Made by a program: the position numbers and the translations under genes. A stretch of 62,414 bases of DNA from a virus. The notes beneath the pieces were generated by a model. The model was not told the DNA's origin. It did not search any database and saw only the letters and a program-made list of their open reading frames with translations. Position 1 is the stretch's first letter. Every line of letters begins with the position of its first letter. The stretch lies in the IMG/VR virus record IMGVR_UViG_3300034104_005761. One strand, 5' to 3'. This document shows positions 41,835 through 52,107 of the stretch, one piece after another.

Positions 41835-44336
41835 ATGAAAATAAAACCACGCAAGGGATCTTGGATTCTAGCTGTACTGTTTGCAGTAGCAGTATGCTTT
41901 CCCAATGTTACAAACGCATCTGTTGAGCCTGGCTTAAACGTTACTGTCTATAATAATTTTGGCTATAATGCATCTCCACCACTTCCTGATGTTTCTGGTA
42001 GACCAGCGGTTGGGACAACAACATTTGCTAATATTGATCAAAACTTCGATGCCTCTCCACCCTTTGGTTTGTACGAAGATTTTCTCGTAAAGTATGAAGG
42101 CTATATAACTTCTCCAATTACTGGAGCGATTACCTTTTTGCCTACAGCTGACGATGGAAATAAGTTATTTTTAGATGGCGTTTTAATTGATGACAACTGG
42201 AGAGATAAAGGTGGTGGAGGAAATCCAACAGCCCCTCAACAATTTACCGTCGGAGAGTCTAAACAAATTACTTTTTGGTTTTATGAAAATGGCGGTGGAG
42301 CATGGACTACACTGTATTGGAATATAGGAAATGGTTGGGAAATTATACCTGATTCCGCTTTTACTAAAACTCCAGCAGTTACAACTACTACAACTTTAGC
42401 ACCATATCTAAATAATCCACGCAACCTTACAGTTACTTCTGCCAATGAATCAAAGGTTTATTTATCATGGGATGCGCCAGAAGCTTCAAATGTAGATGTA
42501 GAGAGATATGCAGTATTTTTTTCTAAAGATAATTTTTCTTCAGGATGGGCAATATCTTCCACTCAAACATCTGCAATTGTTGAAAATCTAGATCCAAGTA
42601 CTGATTATCAATTTAAAGTTCGTGCAGATAATGACAGCTTAGCAGTTTATTCTGGTTGGAGTAATCAAGTAATTGCAACAACAGATGATTTACCAATTTT
42701 GTATTCTCTTAGTAATGCAGTCTGGAATACCGCAAATGAAGGTTTTAATCTTACACTTTCTGCACCAGATGGAAATGTATTTACAGAAGTACTTTTTGCT
42801 AGTTACGGAACACCTACTGGGTCCAATGGTCTTTACAGAACTTCACAATGCCATTCTGAATTATCAGTTCAAGAAATAAATAATACTTTTATTGGCCAGA
42901 GTTCAGGAACTATTTCAGCTGACAATGGAGTCTTTGGAGATCCATGTGGAGGAACCTACAAGCATTTAGCTATTGTTTTAAAATATGGTCCCGTCACTAC
43001 AACTGTTACCACTGAACCAGAAGTTATTCCTCCTCCTGTCGAGACGCTTCCAACAGAAAATACTACTGTTTCAATTCCTTATTTGGATCCAACTCCAGTT
43101 TCAACTCCAGAAATAGATACAACTCCAGTAGAAGTTCCAGAGCCAGAAGATTTGCCAAATGAAACAATTCCAGAAGTAAGTATTCCAGAAGAAACGCAAA
43201 CTACAGCCGATGAAGTAGTCACTGATATCTTTAAAAATACAGACGGCCCAGAAGAACTTGGTACAGCTGTATCAGACGCAATATCAAATGCAGATTCTCC
43301 AGAAGAAATTGCAGCATTAGTCACATCTCTTTTTGATGGACCTATGAATAACGAAGAGTTTGCTGCTGTTGTTGATTCAATCTTTAGTGAGGATCTTTCA
43401 ACTGAAGAATTAAGTGCTGCACTCGATGCAGTATTTGAAGAGCCATTGTCTGATGAAAAGTTTGCAGAAGTAATTGATGCCGTTTTGGACTCCCCACTTA
43501 CTGATGAGCAGTTTGCAGAGGTTGTTGGAATACTTGAATCTGATACTGTTACAGAAGAGCAGGTTGCTACAGCTGTTGATAATATCTTGGAAAATGGAGT
43601 CACAGAAGATCAGGCAACAGAGCTTGCAACAAGTGAAAAAGTTCTGGAAAGCATTGATGCTGATCAAGCAGTAGAGATATTTGACGAGATTCCTGTAAGC
43701 GACTTGACTGCCGAACAAGAAGCTGCTCTTGTTGAAGCCGTAACAGATGCTCCAGAAGAAATCAAAAATGCCTTCGAAGAAACTATTGACGTTTATGCAT
43801 CTGGTCTTGACGACTACGTAGCAGTAGGTTCAAGTATTGACGTTGGAACTAGAAGATCACTTATAGCTGCAACAACTGTTCTTTCTACAGTAGCAGTAGC
43901 CCCTGTTGCTTCTTCTGGTGGTGGTAGTTCTGGTGGTTCTACGCCAAGGGGCGGTGGCTCTGGTGGTGGAGGTTCTGGCGGTTCTGGCGGTGGACCAGGA
44001 GACGGTGGAAGTTCTGCAAGAAAAGAAAAAGAAAAGCCAGAAGAAGAAGAAGAATCCGCAGAAATCGAAGGTCCAGAAGGTGACGAAGAAGAAGGTAACT
44101 TTACAAGAAATAGTATTTTTAAATACGAGGAGGGAACAATGAAAAAGAGATTTAGTCCTTGGGGCTTTATCAAAAAGTTTTCAAAAGAAACAGCAGCAAT
44201 GGCTTTTACAATCTCAGGAAGCGTAGTAGTTTTTGCAACTTTGTCTGGAGAAACAAGAAAAATAACATTAATAGCAACTAGCTGTGCATTTATAGTTCAC
44301 TACATAAACGCAATGCTAAAAAATGATGAGGAATAA
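41835..44336 (+). CDS. secreted/surface multidomain protein: signal peptide, PA14-like domain, FnIII domain, SUEL-like lectin domain, acidic repeats, C-terminal TM
   Basis: N-term ILAVLFAVAVCFPNVTNA; FLPTADDGNKLFLDGVLIDDNW; FnIII NPRNLTVTSANESKVYLSWDAP..TDYQFKVRA; FASYGTPTG..FGDPCGGTYKHLAIVLKY. Confidence 0.75.
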   Translation: MKIKPRKGSWILAVLFAVAVCFPNVTNASVEPGLNVTVYNNFGYNASPPLPDVSGRPAVGTTTFANIDQNFDASPPFGLYEDFLVKYEGYITSPITGAITFLPTADDGNKLFLDGVLIDDNWRDKGGGGNPTAPQQFTVGESKQITFWFYENGGGAWTTLYWNIGNGWEIIPDSAFTKTPAVTTTTTLAPYLNNPRNLTVTSANESKVYLSWDAPEASNVDVERYAVFFSKDNFSSGWAISSTQTSAIVENLDPSTDYQFKVRADNDSLAVYSGWSNQVIATTDDLPILYSLSNAVWNTANEGFNLTLSAPDGNVFTEVLFASYGTPTGSNGLYRTSQCHSELSVQEINNTFIGQSSGTISADNGVFGDPCGGTYKHLAIVLKYGPVTTTVTTEPEVIPPPVETLPTENTTVSIPYLDPTPVSTPEIDTTPVEVPEPEDLPNETIPEVSIPEETQTTADEVVTDIFKNTDGPEELGTAVSDAISNADSPEEIAALVTSLFDGPMNNEEFAAVVDSIFSEDLSTEELSAALDAVFEEPLSDEKFAEVIDAVLDSPLTDEQFAEVVGILESDTVTEEQVATAVDNILENGVTEDQATELATSEKVLESIDADQAVEIFDEIPVSDLTAEQEAALVEAVTDAPEEIKNAFEETIDVYASGLDDYVAVGSSIDVGTRRSLIAATTVLSTVAVAPVASSGGGSSGGSTPRGGGSGGGGSGGSGGGPGDGGSSARKEKEKPEEEEESAEIEGPEGDEEEGNFTRNSIFKYEEGTMKKRFSPWGFIKKFSKETAAMAFTISGSVVVFATLSGETRKITLIATSCAFIVHYINAMLKNDEE

Positions 44337-44337
44337 A

Positions 44338-45748
44338 ATGAAAAAATTAGGTTTTATATTTATAGCAATAGGTTTTATCCTGGGCTTTAGCGTAATTCCA
44401 TTTGCACCAAATGATAATGGATTTATTTTATCTGGTGGTGTAGCTAGAGCTTCTGGTGGAGGACCAATAGTATTAGATGGAATGGACCCAGTGTGTCACG
44501 CAGCATACGGAGAGAATACAGATCAGTACATTGCTAAAGTTATTAAGAGTGTTTATGATCAATCATCAATGCCAGGCAACAATGGCAAGATTGCAATTCT
44601 TGGTATTGCTAATGTAAACAGTGCTGGTGGCTGTGGAAATAACTGGAACACACTTCTGAGCACAAAGTTTTTAACACAGTTCGGAACTGCTGCATCAAGT
44701 CTTCAGCCCGCCGTAGAATTTATTAGCACTGAGGCTGAGTTGAATACATTTTTTTCAACTGGTTTAGCAACGAGTGCTCCAAGAATGATTTGGATTCCAG
44801 ATGATTGGAGTAGAAGTGGAGCAGTTGGAAATATTTTTACAGCTAACGCTGAAAAGATTGCAGACTTTGTAAACTCTGGCGGAGGACTGTTCGCTAGCCA
44901 CAATTCATATGGCTGGGTGACAGCCCTTCTGCCATCTGCCATTTATAATAATGGTGGATGTAACGGCCGGACCAGATGCTACAGCTGATGGTACTGCAGA
45001 CTTTGGCTTAACAAACTCAATTGTAGAAGCCTGCTGGCATGGTTATTTTACTGGCGATGTTGGAACTTTAAAAGTTCTTGTAGACTATCCATATCCAACA
45101 GCTTCAAGCACTAGAAAAGCTGTTTCAATTGGTGGTGGATCGGTATCTCTTCCTAGCTCATTTACTTTGGCAATATCCCCAACCACTCCTAGAGCTGGCG
45201 AGGATTTAACAATTACGGCAACAGCGCAAACCATAGCAGGAGTTCCACAGGCAGGAGTCACAGTAACGGTCACAGTAAGTAGTGGACCAGATGCAGGACA
45301 AATTCTTACAGCTACAACGAATGCCTCAGGGATAGCAACCATAACAGTTAGAACTAATTCAACTGGAACAGCTGTTTATACAGCTACAGCTACAGTAAGT
45401 GGAGTAGCTAAAACCGTATCTGCAACGGTTACGTGGGACCCACCTACAACGACTACAGCTCCTCCCACTACTACTACAACTACTACTACCGTAGCTCCAA
45501 CAACCACATTGGCACCGACTACAACTGTAGCTCCGACTACTACTGTAGCACCTACAACTACGATTCAGTCAGTAGTGCCCGTAGTCACAGAACCACCTAC
45601 TACAACTACAACAGTACCAGTTTTAGATGCTCCAGAAGAACAACACATGCCAAAGACCGGTTTAAATATAATATTACCATTATTAATAAGCTTCCAATTA
45701 ATAGTATTGGGCTTTGCAATGACCAGAAAACAACAAGATACAATATAA
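44338..45748 (+). CDS. secreted surface protein with Ig-like domain, PTTTT linker and sortase-like C-terminal signal, read through a +1 shift at CGGA 44968-44971
   Basis: signal peptide MKKLGFIFIAIGFILGFSVIPFA; ..YNNGGCNG-G-PDATADGTADFGLTN..; APTTTVAPTTTVAPTTT; MPKTG-hydrophobic-TRKQQ C-terminus. Confidence 0.82.
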
Positions 45749-45770
45749 ATCATTACTATAGGGGAATAAA

Positions 45771-46017
45771 TTGAAAACTTTAAATAATATAATTTTAAGA
45801 ATAGTAGCTACATTTGCAGCATCGGGGCTTAGTGTCATAGGTGCTGGTGCTATTGCAGGGGTTCCATTGTGGAAAGCTTGCTTCATGGCTCGGAATGGCT
45901 GGAGTAGCTACTGTGGTAGAAGGTTTGTCTAGAGCATTCTTAGATGATGGAAAACTTTCTGCAGCTGAAATAAATCAAGTTTTTAATAAAGTTGACAAAA
46001 AGGCCAAAGCAGATTAA
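45771..46017 (+). CDS. small holin-like membrane protein read through a +1 shift at CGGA 45891-45894
   Basis: TTG start: MKTLNNIILRIVATFAASGLSVIGAGAIAGVPLWKACFMA-G-MAGVATVVEGLSRAFLDDGKLSAAEINQVFNKVDKKAKAD; not in the supplied ORF track because each half is <60 aa. Confidence 0.78.
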
Positions 46018-46027
46018 GAGGAATTAA

Positions 46028-49000
46028 ATGTTAGAACCAAATATAACTAGAGGTCAAATAGCGATAGATCCTAGAAATGGAGTCCTTTTTTATAAGGATG
46101 GTTCTGGCAATTTGATGAAAACTACTTTAAGTTTTAATCAAGATACTTATACTAATGTCAGCACTGACGATACTGTAACCTTTTCTAATAATGTTGTCAT
46201 TGATGGTAACTTAACAGTTAATGGTGACACTGTAACAGTCAATGTTAGCCAGCTTTCTATAGAAGACAATATTTTAATTCTTAATTCCAATGTTACTGGA
46301 ACACCTACTCAAAATGCAGGAATAGAAATTGAAAGAGGTAATCTTCCAAATGTTTCCATAAGATGGAATGAACCATCTGAACAGTGGGAGTATACCAATG
46401 ATGGCACTACTTACGCTGCGATTGGATCTGGTGGAGGAGGAGGCGGTTCCACAGCTTATATTAATGATATAGGCGACGTTGTAACAACTACAGCTGTAAA
46501 TGGAGAATACCTTAAGTATGATGGAACATACTGGAGAAACGCAACCATAACATTAGGAACTAATACTTCTGGTAATTATGTTCAAAGTTTGGTAGCTGGA
46601 ACTGGTGTAACATTATCAAATAACTCAGGAGAAGGTTCGCAGCCAACTATTGCTATTGGGCAAGATGTATCAACTGGGGCAACTCCTACTTTTGGTAGAG
46701 TAATAGCTCCTTTAACAGGCAATGTCAGTGGTAATCTTACAGGTAACGTAACAGGCAATGTGACTGGCAACCTTACGGGTAATGTTACTGGCAACCTTAC
46801 GGGTAATATTACTGGTGACGTAACTGGTACCGTTTCTAGTATTTCTAATCATGGTATTAACGATCTATCAGATGTAACAATATCTGGCCAAGCAAATGGA
46901 GATTTCCTAAGATATCAAAATGGATCATGGATTAATGATGCAGTAAATCTTTCAACTGACACTGTAGGTAATTATGTTCAAAATTTAGTTGCTGGAACTG
47001 GAGTATCTATTACCAACAATACTGGCGAAGGATCTACACCAACTGTAGCAATTGGTCAGTCAGTTGGCACTTCTGATACAGTAACTTTTAATGTAGTTAA
47101 CGCAGACCTTACTGGCGACGTAACTGGTACCGTTTCCGATATTTCCAATCATGGTATCAATGATCTATCAGATGTTGTAATATCTGGGCAGACAAACGGC
47201 GACTTCTTAAGATACCAGTCAGGCAGCTGGATAAATGATGCAGTTAATTTAAGTACTGATACCATAGGTGATTATGTTGCTAAGCTTGCAGCTGGTACTG
47301 GCATAACAATCACAAATAACTCTGGCGAAGGAGCAACTCCTAATATTGCCTTTAGTGGTTCAATAGACAGTGTTTCTGATGTGGTTATTACATCCGCTCA
47401 TGATGGTGAAACTTTAATTTATAACGGAACTAATTGGGTAAACAGCAGTTATCCGACTGGTGAACCAACTGGTCATGAAGATAAAACACAAAGCGTTATT
47501 TCTTTTGATGAAGGCAACAGGAGATTTTCTATTGGGCCAGCTAGTACATCTTTTGTTATTTGGAATCAAGGCAAGAGATATGTAAAAACAACAACTGAAA
47601 CAATAGATATACCTGACACTTCTGCAACATACTACATATACTACAACTCATCTGGTCAACTAAGCTATAAGACATCGTTTTTTGATTTAGAATCAGAAGC
47701 TCCAGTTGCCTATGTTTACTGGAATGAAGTTGACAATAAGTGTTATTTCTTTGCGGACGAACGCCATGGTATTACGATGGACTGGGCAACTCACGAGTAT
47801 CTACACCGTACTCGTGGAGCTGCAATAGCTTCTGGTTTTGGAGCAAATGGTTATACTCTTGTTGGTGATGGAACTAATAATAATGACATCCAAATAGATA
47901 TTGCAAACGGTACATTCTTTGATGAAGATCTAGAAGTTGCTATTACCAACTCTGCAACGCCAACTGCAAACACTTGGCAACAGAGATTGCAAGATGGTGG
48001 CGCTTACATACCAGTTATGTATCGCACTAATAATCATTGGTTTAAAGATGTTGCAACTGCTTACCCATTAAAAAAGGGTACAAATAGACCAACATATAAT
48101 TTAAATACTGCTGGCACTTGGTCTACTCCAGAGATCGCCAATAATAGATGGGGCATCTCGTGGATTATTGCAACAAATAATTTGAATGAACCAATCATCT
48201 GTATTTTGGGTCAAGAAGAATATTCTTCAACTAACAACGCAGAAGAAGCTATTTGGGAAGATTTAAATTTAGATGGATTCCCAATTGTAGAATTTAGACC
48301 GCTTTATAAAATAATTTATTTTACTTCTAATTCTTACAGCAACTTTGCTAAAGCTAAGTTCACTCATGTTACAGACTTAAGAAGAGTAATATCTTCTGGC
48401 AGTGGTGTTCCATCTGTTCCTGTTTCTGATCATGGAAATATGACAGGACTTAGTGACGATGATCATACTCAATATCTAACAGAAGAAAGACACAATTCTT
48501 TAGATCATTCATCTGCGATGTCTTCTGTTGTTTTAGATGATATATCTAATATAGCAGCTCCAAGTCCTTCATCTGGTGACTTCTTGAAATACAATGGAAC
48601 AGATTGGGTTAATGATCCAATTAATCTAGGAACTGACACAACTGGTAGTTATATTCAATCTTTAGTTGCTGGGACTGGAGTTACTGTAAGTAATAATTCA
48701 GGAGAAGGCGCTACTCCTACAATTTCTATTGGACAAGACGTGTCAACTGGTGCAACACCAAGTTTTAGTAGAGTTTTTGCAGATTTAACTGGCGACGTAA
48801 CAGGAACGGTTTCCGATATATCTAATCACAGTATTAATGATTTAAATGACGTGGTTACTGTTTTATCTTATGAGATTGGCGATACTGGACCTGCTGGTGG
48901 AATTATTTTTATTACACCGTCAACAGTTGGAAACACGACTGGTAAGTATTTTGAAGCAGCACCTGCTTCATCAGAAGTCTCGAGAACATGGGCTTCTTCT

Positions 49001-50881
49001 AGTAATGGAAATACTTTTGTTTCTGGTGCAGATGGAGTACTACTTGACACTGGTAAACAAAATACATTTGACATCGCTGCACAATCTGGAAATACTTCAG
49101 AAAATTCAGCTGCAGTTTATGCAAGTCAATATTCTTTAAATGGTTATTCAGACTGGTTTCTACCATCATTAGGAGAATTAATTAAACTTTACGAAAATAG
49201 ATTATTAGTTGGAGGATTTGAAGAGGCAGTTTATTGGAGTTCATCTGAAGGAGAAGACGCCAATGCTGCCTATATTCATTATTCTTTTAATCTTGGTGGA
49301 GAAACAGGAGCTTATAATAAGTTAAATAGTCCCGTACACGTTCGCCCTATTCGCTCATTTATGGCAGCAGCAATCAATGGTGAATTTTTTAAATACAATG
49401 GAACATCATGGGTTAATAGTTCAATAGATTTGGGAACTGATACTACAGGAAACTATGTAAAGTCTTTAGTTTCTGGAACTGGAATATCTATCTCTAATAA
49501 TTCTGGCGAAGGTGCAACTCCAAGTATAGCTTTAAATGCTAGTCTAAATGACCTTACTGATGCAACAATGACTGGAGCAACACCTAATCAAGTACTTGCA
49601 TACAACGGAACAGCCTGGACAAACACAACAGTTGGAGATTACTGGAATAAAGTTAATGGAAATAATAATGCTAGCTATGGGCCAAGCGTTTTAATTTCAG
49701 CTAATTCTAATTCTTATAATAATGTTGGAATTGGAGAAGGTGTACTACCTTTATTAACCGAAGGTGATAGTAACATTGCAATTGGCGTTAATGCTTTAAA
49801 TAAAGTAGTAGATTCAGATGAAAACATTGCGATTGGCAAAAGTGCTCTAGCAAATGCAACAGGAAACTATAACATAGCCATTGGAGGCGGTGCACTTTTT
49901 TCCTATAACAACTTATGGGCTGGAAGCGTAGCCATAGGTCATCAATCTGCACTATACACAACTGGACTTGGGACTACATCAGTTGGATATTCAACCTTAA
50001 GATCAAATACAACAGGAGAATACCACTGTGCGTTTGGTTATGCCTCACTATATTCAAACACTACTGGAACAAGTAATGTTGCTTTTGGTGCAATATCTTC
50101 TGAATTTAATACTACTGGATCATATAATACTGCAATTGGGACAGGAGCTTTACGTAATAATATATCAGGAAGTTACAACGTTGCTATTGGATATTATGCT
50201 GGTATTGATGAAACTGGCTCCAATAAATTATACATAGCCAACAGTTCAACGTCTAATCCTTTAATCTACGGTGACTTTTCTACTTCTTTATTAAGAGTTA
50301 ATGGTTCACTGGAAGTAACAAGTTCACTATCACTTACTGGATCTAATGGAATTATTTTTGAAGGTGCGACTCCAAACACTCATGAGACTACATTAAATGT
50401 CGTAGAGCCAACCGAAGATAGAACAATCCTATTACCAAACGCAAGTGGAACATTATCATTAGAAGATAATACAGCATGGACTTCTTACACTCCAACAATT
50501 ACTGCTGATGGTGGAGGCTTTGCACTGAACAACGGAACACTAACTGGTCGATATAAGCAAGTCGGCAAAACAGTATTCTTTAAATTAAAGTTTGTTTTTG
50601 GCTCAACAACAACAGCAGGTTCTGGTCATTGGAACTTCAGTCTCCCAGTAACTGCATATGATTCTGATTTTACATTCTCAGCATCAATACTTGATGATGG
50701 AGTTGCATGGCATGGCGGAATTGGTAATGGTAATTACACTGGCTCAACATCAAATTTCGTAGTAATCACTACTAGCCCAAGCGCTTCGATTACAACATGG
50801 GTGCCAGTTGGAAATGGCGGTCCATTTACATGGGGAACAGCAGATAATATTACTGTTTCAGGAAGCTACGAAGCTGCTTAA
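46028..50881 (+). CDS. giant tail fibre / receptor-binding protein with repetitive beta-structured modules and an Lcl/DUF1566-like domain
   Basis: 1617 aa; repeated SNHGINDLSDVxISGQxNGDFLRYQ.G.WINDAVNLSTDT and NYVxxLVAGTGVSI modules; PAGGIIFITPSTVGNTTGKYFEAAP..GYSDWFLPSLGEL. Confidence 0.85.
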   Translation: MLEPNITRGQIAIDPRNGVLFYKDGSGNLMKTTLSFNQDTYTNVSTDDTVTFSNNVVIDGNLTVNGDTVTVNVSQLSIEDNILILNSNVTGTPTQNAGIEIERGNLPNVSIRWNEPSEQWEYTNDGTTYAAIGSGGGGGGSTAYINDIGDVVTTTAVNGEYLKYDGTYWRNATITLGTNTSGNYVQSLVAGTGVTLSNNSGEGSQPTIAIGQDVSTGATPTFGRVIAPLTGNVSGNLTGNVTGNVTGNLTGNVTGNLTGNITGDVTGTVSSISNHGINDLSDVTISGQANGDFLRYQNGSWINDAVNLSTDTVGNYVQNLVAGTGVSITNNTGEGSTPTVAIGQSVGTSDTVTFNVVNADLTGDVTGTVSDISNHGINDLSDVVISGQTNGDFLRYQSGSWINDAVNLSTDTIGDYVAKLAAGTGITITNNSGEGATPNIAFSGSIDSVSDVVITSAHDGETLIYNGTNWVNSSYPTGEPTGHEDKTQSVISFDEGNRRFSIGPASTSFVIWNQGKRYVKTTTETIDIPDTSATYYIYYNSSGQLSYKTSFFDLESEAPVAYVYWNEVDNKCYFFADERHGITMDWATHEYLHRTRGAAIASGFGANGYTLVGDGTNNNDIQIDIANGTFFDEDLEVAITNSATPTANTWQQRLQDGGAYIPVMYRTNNHWFKDVATAYPLKKGTNRPTYNLNTAGTWSTPEIANNRWGISWIIATNNLNEPIICILGQEEYSSTNNAEEAIWEDLNLDGFPIVEFRPLYKIIYFTSNSYSNFAKAKFTHVTDLRRVISSGSGVPSVPVSDHGNMTGLSDDDHTQYLTEERHNSLDHSSAMSSVVLDDISNIAAPSPSSGDFLKYNGTDWVNDPINLGTDTTGSYIQSLVAGTGVTVSNNSGEGATPTISIGQDVSTGATPSFSRVFADLTGDVTGTVSDISNHSINDLNDVVTVLSYEIGDTGPAGGIIFITPSTVGNTTGKYFEAAPASSEVSRTWASSSNGNTFVSGADGVLLDTGKQNTFDIAAQSGNTSENSAAVYASQYSLNGYSDWFLPSLGELIKLYENRLLVGGFEEAVYWSSSEGEDANAAYIHYSFNLGGETGAYNKLNSPVHVRPIRSFMAAAINGEFFKYNGTSWVNSSIDLGTDTTGNYVKSLVSGTGISISNNSGEGATPSIALNASLNDLTDATMTGATPNQVLAYNGTAWTNTTVGDYWNKVNGNNNASYGPSVLISANSNSYNNVGIGEGVLPLLTEGDSNIAIGVNALNKVVDSDENIAIGKSALANATGNYNIAIGGGALFSYNNLWAGSVAIGHQSALYTTGLGTTSVGYSTLRSNTTGEYHCAFGYASLYSNTTGTSNVAFGAISSEFNTTGSYNTAIGTGALRNNISGSYNVAIGYYAGIDETGSNKLYIANSSTSNPLIYGDFSTSLLRVNGSLEVTSSLSLTGSNGIIFEGATPNTHETTLNVVEPTEDRTILLPNASGTLSLEDNTAWTSYTPTITADGGGFALNNGTLTGRYKQVGKTVFFKLKFVFGSTTTAGSGHWNFSLPVTAYDSDFTFSASILDDGVAWHGGIGNGNYTGSTSNFVVITTSPSASITTWVPVGNGGPFTWGTADNITVSGSYEAA
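46720..46830 (+). repeat. short tandem repeat encoding GN[VL]TGN[VL]TGN
   Basis: GNVSGNLTGNVTGNVTGNLTGNVTGNLTGNITGDVTG. Confidence 0.85.
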
Positions 50882-51066
50882 TTAGAGGTTTTGTAAAATC
50901 CAGATCCATTAAATTGGATAGTTGGCGCATCAAAAACTCTCTTTAATTCCGATCCGCATTCAGGGCATTTAGTATTCTTTGGATCTTCTGTAATAGATCT
51001 ATTTTCCGTATAAGGATGTAAATTATCTTTACATTTATAATTATATGTTGGCATGAGTGGCTCCAC
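50878..51066 (-). CDS. FmdB-type zinc-ribbon protein
   Basis: MPTYNYKCKD..TKCPECGSELKRVFDAPTIQFNGSGFYKT. Confidence 0.8.
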   Translation of the reverse strand: MEPLMPTYNYKCKDNLHPYTENRSITEDPKNTKCPECGSELKRVFDAPTIQFNGSGFYKTSN

Positions 51067-51119
51067 TACAATACATGACTTGTTTGATTACTATATAGTA
51101 TAGCCTTGAGGGGCTACAA

Positions 51120-52107
51120 TTGACAAGAAAGGACTTGGTCGAGGCCATGCCTAATTTTTATAATCTAATTCGTGCTAGAAAGTTTAGCACATCTTCTGAT
51201 ACAGCCATTGAGATTGGACCATCTGCTAGCACTAATGCAAACTTTGCTATTGATGCAGGTGGTAAGTTAAATTGGGGATCTGGATCTGCCACAGCAGATA
51301 CAAATCTTTACAGAGCTTCGGCAAGTGTTTTAAAAACAGATTATGGTTTAACTATTGACGGAAAGTTAACTATCCCAAATACCGATACTGCAACTGGACT
51401 TAGTGGAAGCAGTGTCATTCCCATAATAGATACTGGCCGGAGTGATTAAGAAGGCAACTATATCTAACGCAGCTTTAGTTGGACCTACTGGTCCCACTGG
51501 TCCAACGGGCAGTGCTGGTCCCCCAGGACCTACGGGTCCTACAGGTTCATCTATAACAGGTCCTACTGGACCCCCAGGACCTACTGGTCCAGGTGGGGGA
51601 CCTGGCCCTACTGGTCCCGCTGGTCCTGCGTTTAGCTGGGCGTCTTCTGGGGGTATAGATATGTTCACAGGAGGATACAGAGGAAGCTTTCAAGGCAGTG
51701 CTTCTAACGTTGGTATTGTTTTGAGAACCGCTGACGGTGTTTTAGTTCAAAACTCCTCTTCTTCTGTTTCAAAAAGAAAGTTCAAAGAGCAAATAGAAGA
51801 TATGGAGCCAGCTCTTCCTATAGTAGAATCTTTGCGTCCCAGAAACTTCAAATGGAATGATTTATTAGTTAATAAAGATTTTCAAGAAGACATACACGAT
51901 ATGCAGATACAGAAGCAGTATGGTTTTATCGTCGAAGAAGTTGAAGAGACAAACCCTGATTTAGTTCATTATTCATTTGATAATGATGTTCAAGATCCTC
52001 AGATGTGGAAATCAAATGCTTTTATTTCTTTAGCCATAAAAGCTATTCAGGAACTCTCAGCAGAAGTCACTTCTCTTAAGGAAAGAATAGCTATCTTGGA
52101 AGGATAG
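51120..52107 (+). CDS. collagen-like fibre with C-terminal S74 intramolecular chaperone domain, read through a +1 shift at CGGA 51438-51441
   Basis: ..[45 protein letters not shown]..; C-term [42 protein letters not shown]. Confidence 0.88.

Noticed and set aside
43079-44173. Minus-strand ORFs 43079..43603, 43410..43718, 43814..44173
   Set aside because: Mirror-image low-complexity translations opposite the Glu/Pro/Gly-rich part of the 41835 gene.
45085-45342. Minus-strand ORF 45085..45342 opposite the Ig-like region
   Set aside because: Antisense of a coding region with V/P/T-biased composition; no independent support.
46720-46830. CRISPR-like array from regularly spaced repeats
   Set aside because: Repeats are in-frame coding (GNVTGNLTGN) within the tail fibre, degenerate and without spacers.
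51366-51668. Minus-strand Gly/Pro-rich ORF 51366..51668
   Set aside because: Antisense reading of the collagen-like GPTGPTG repeats.
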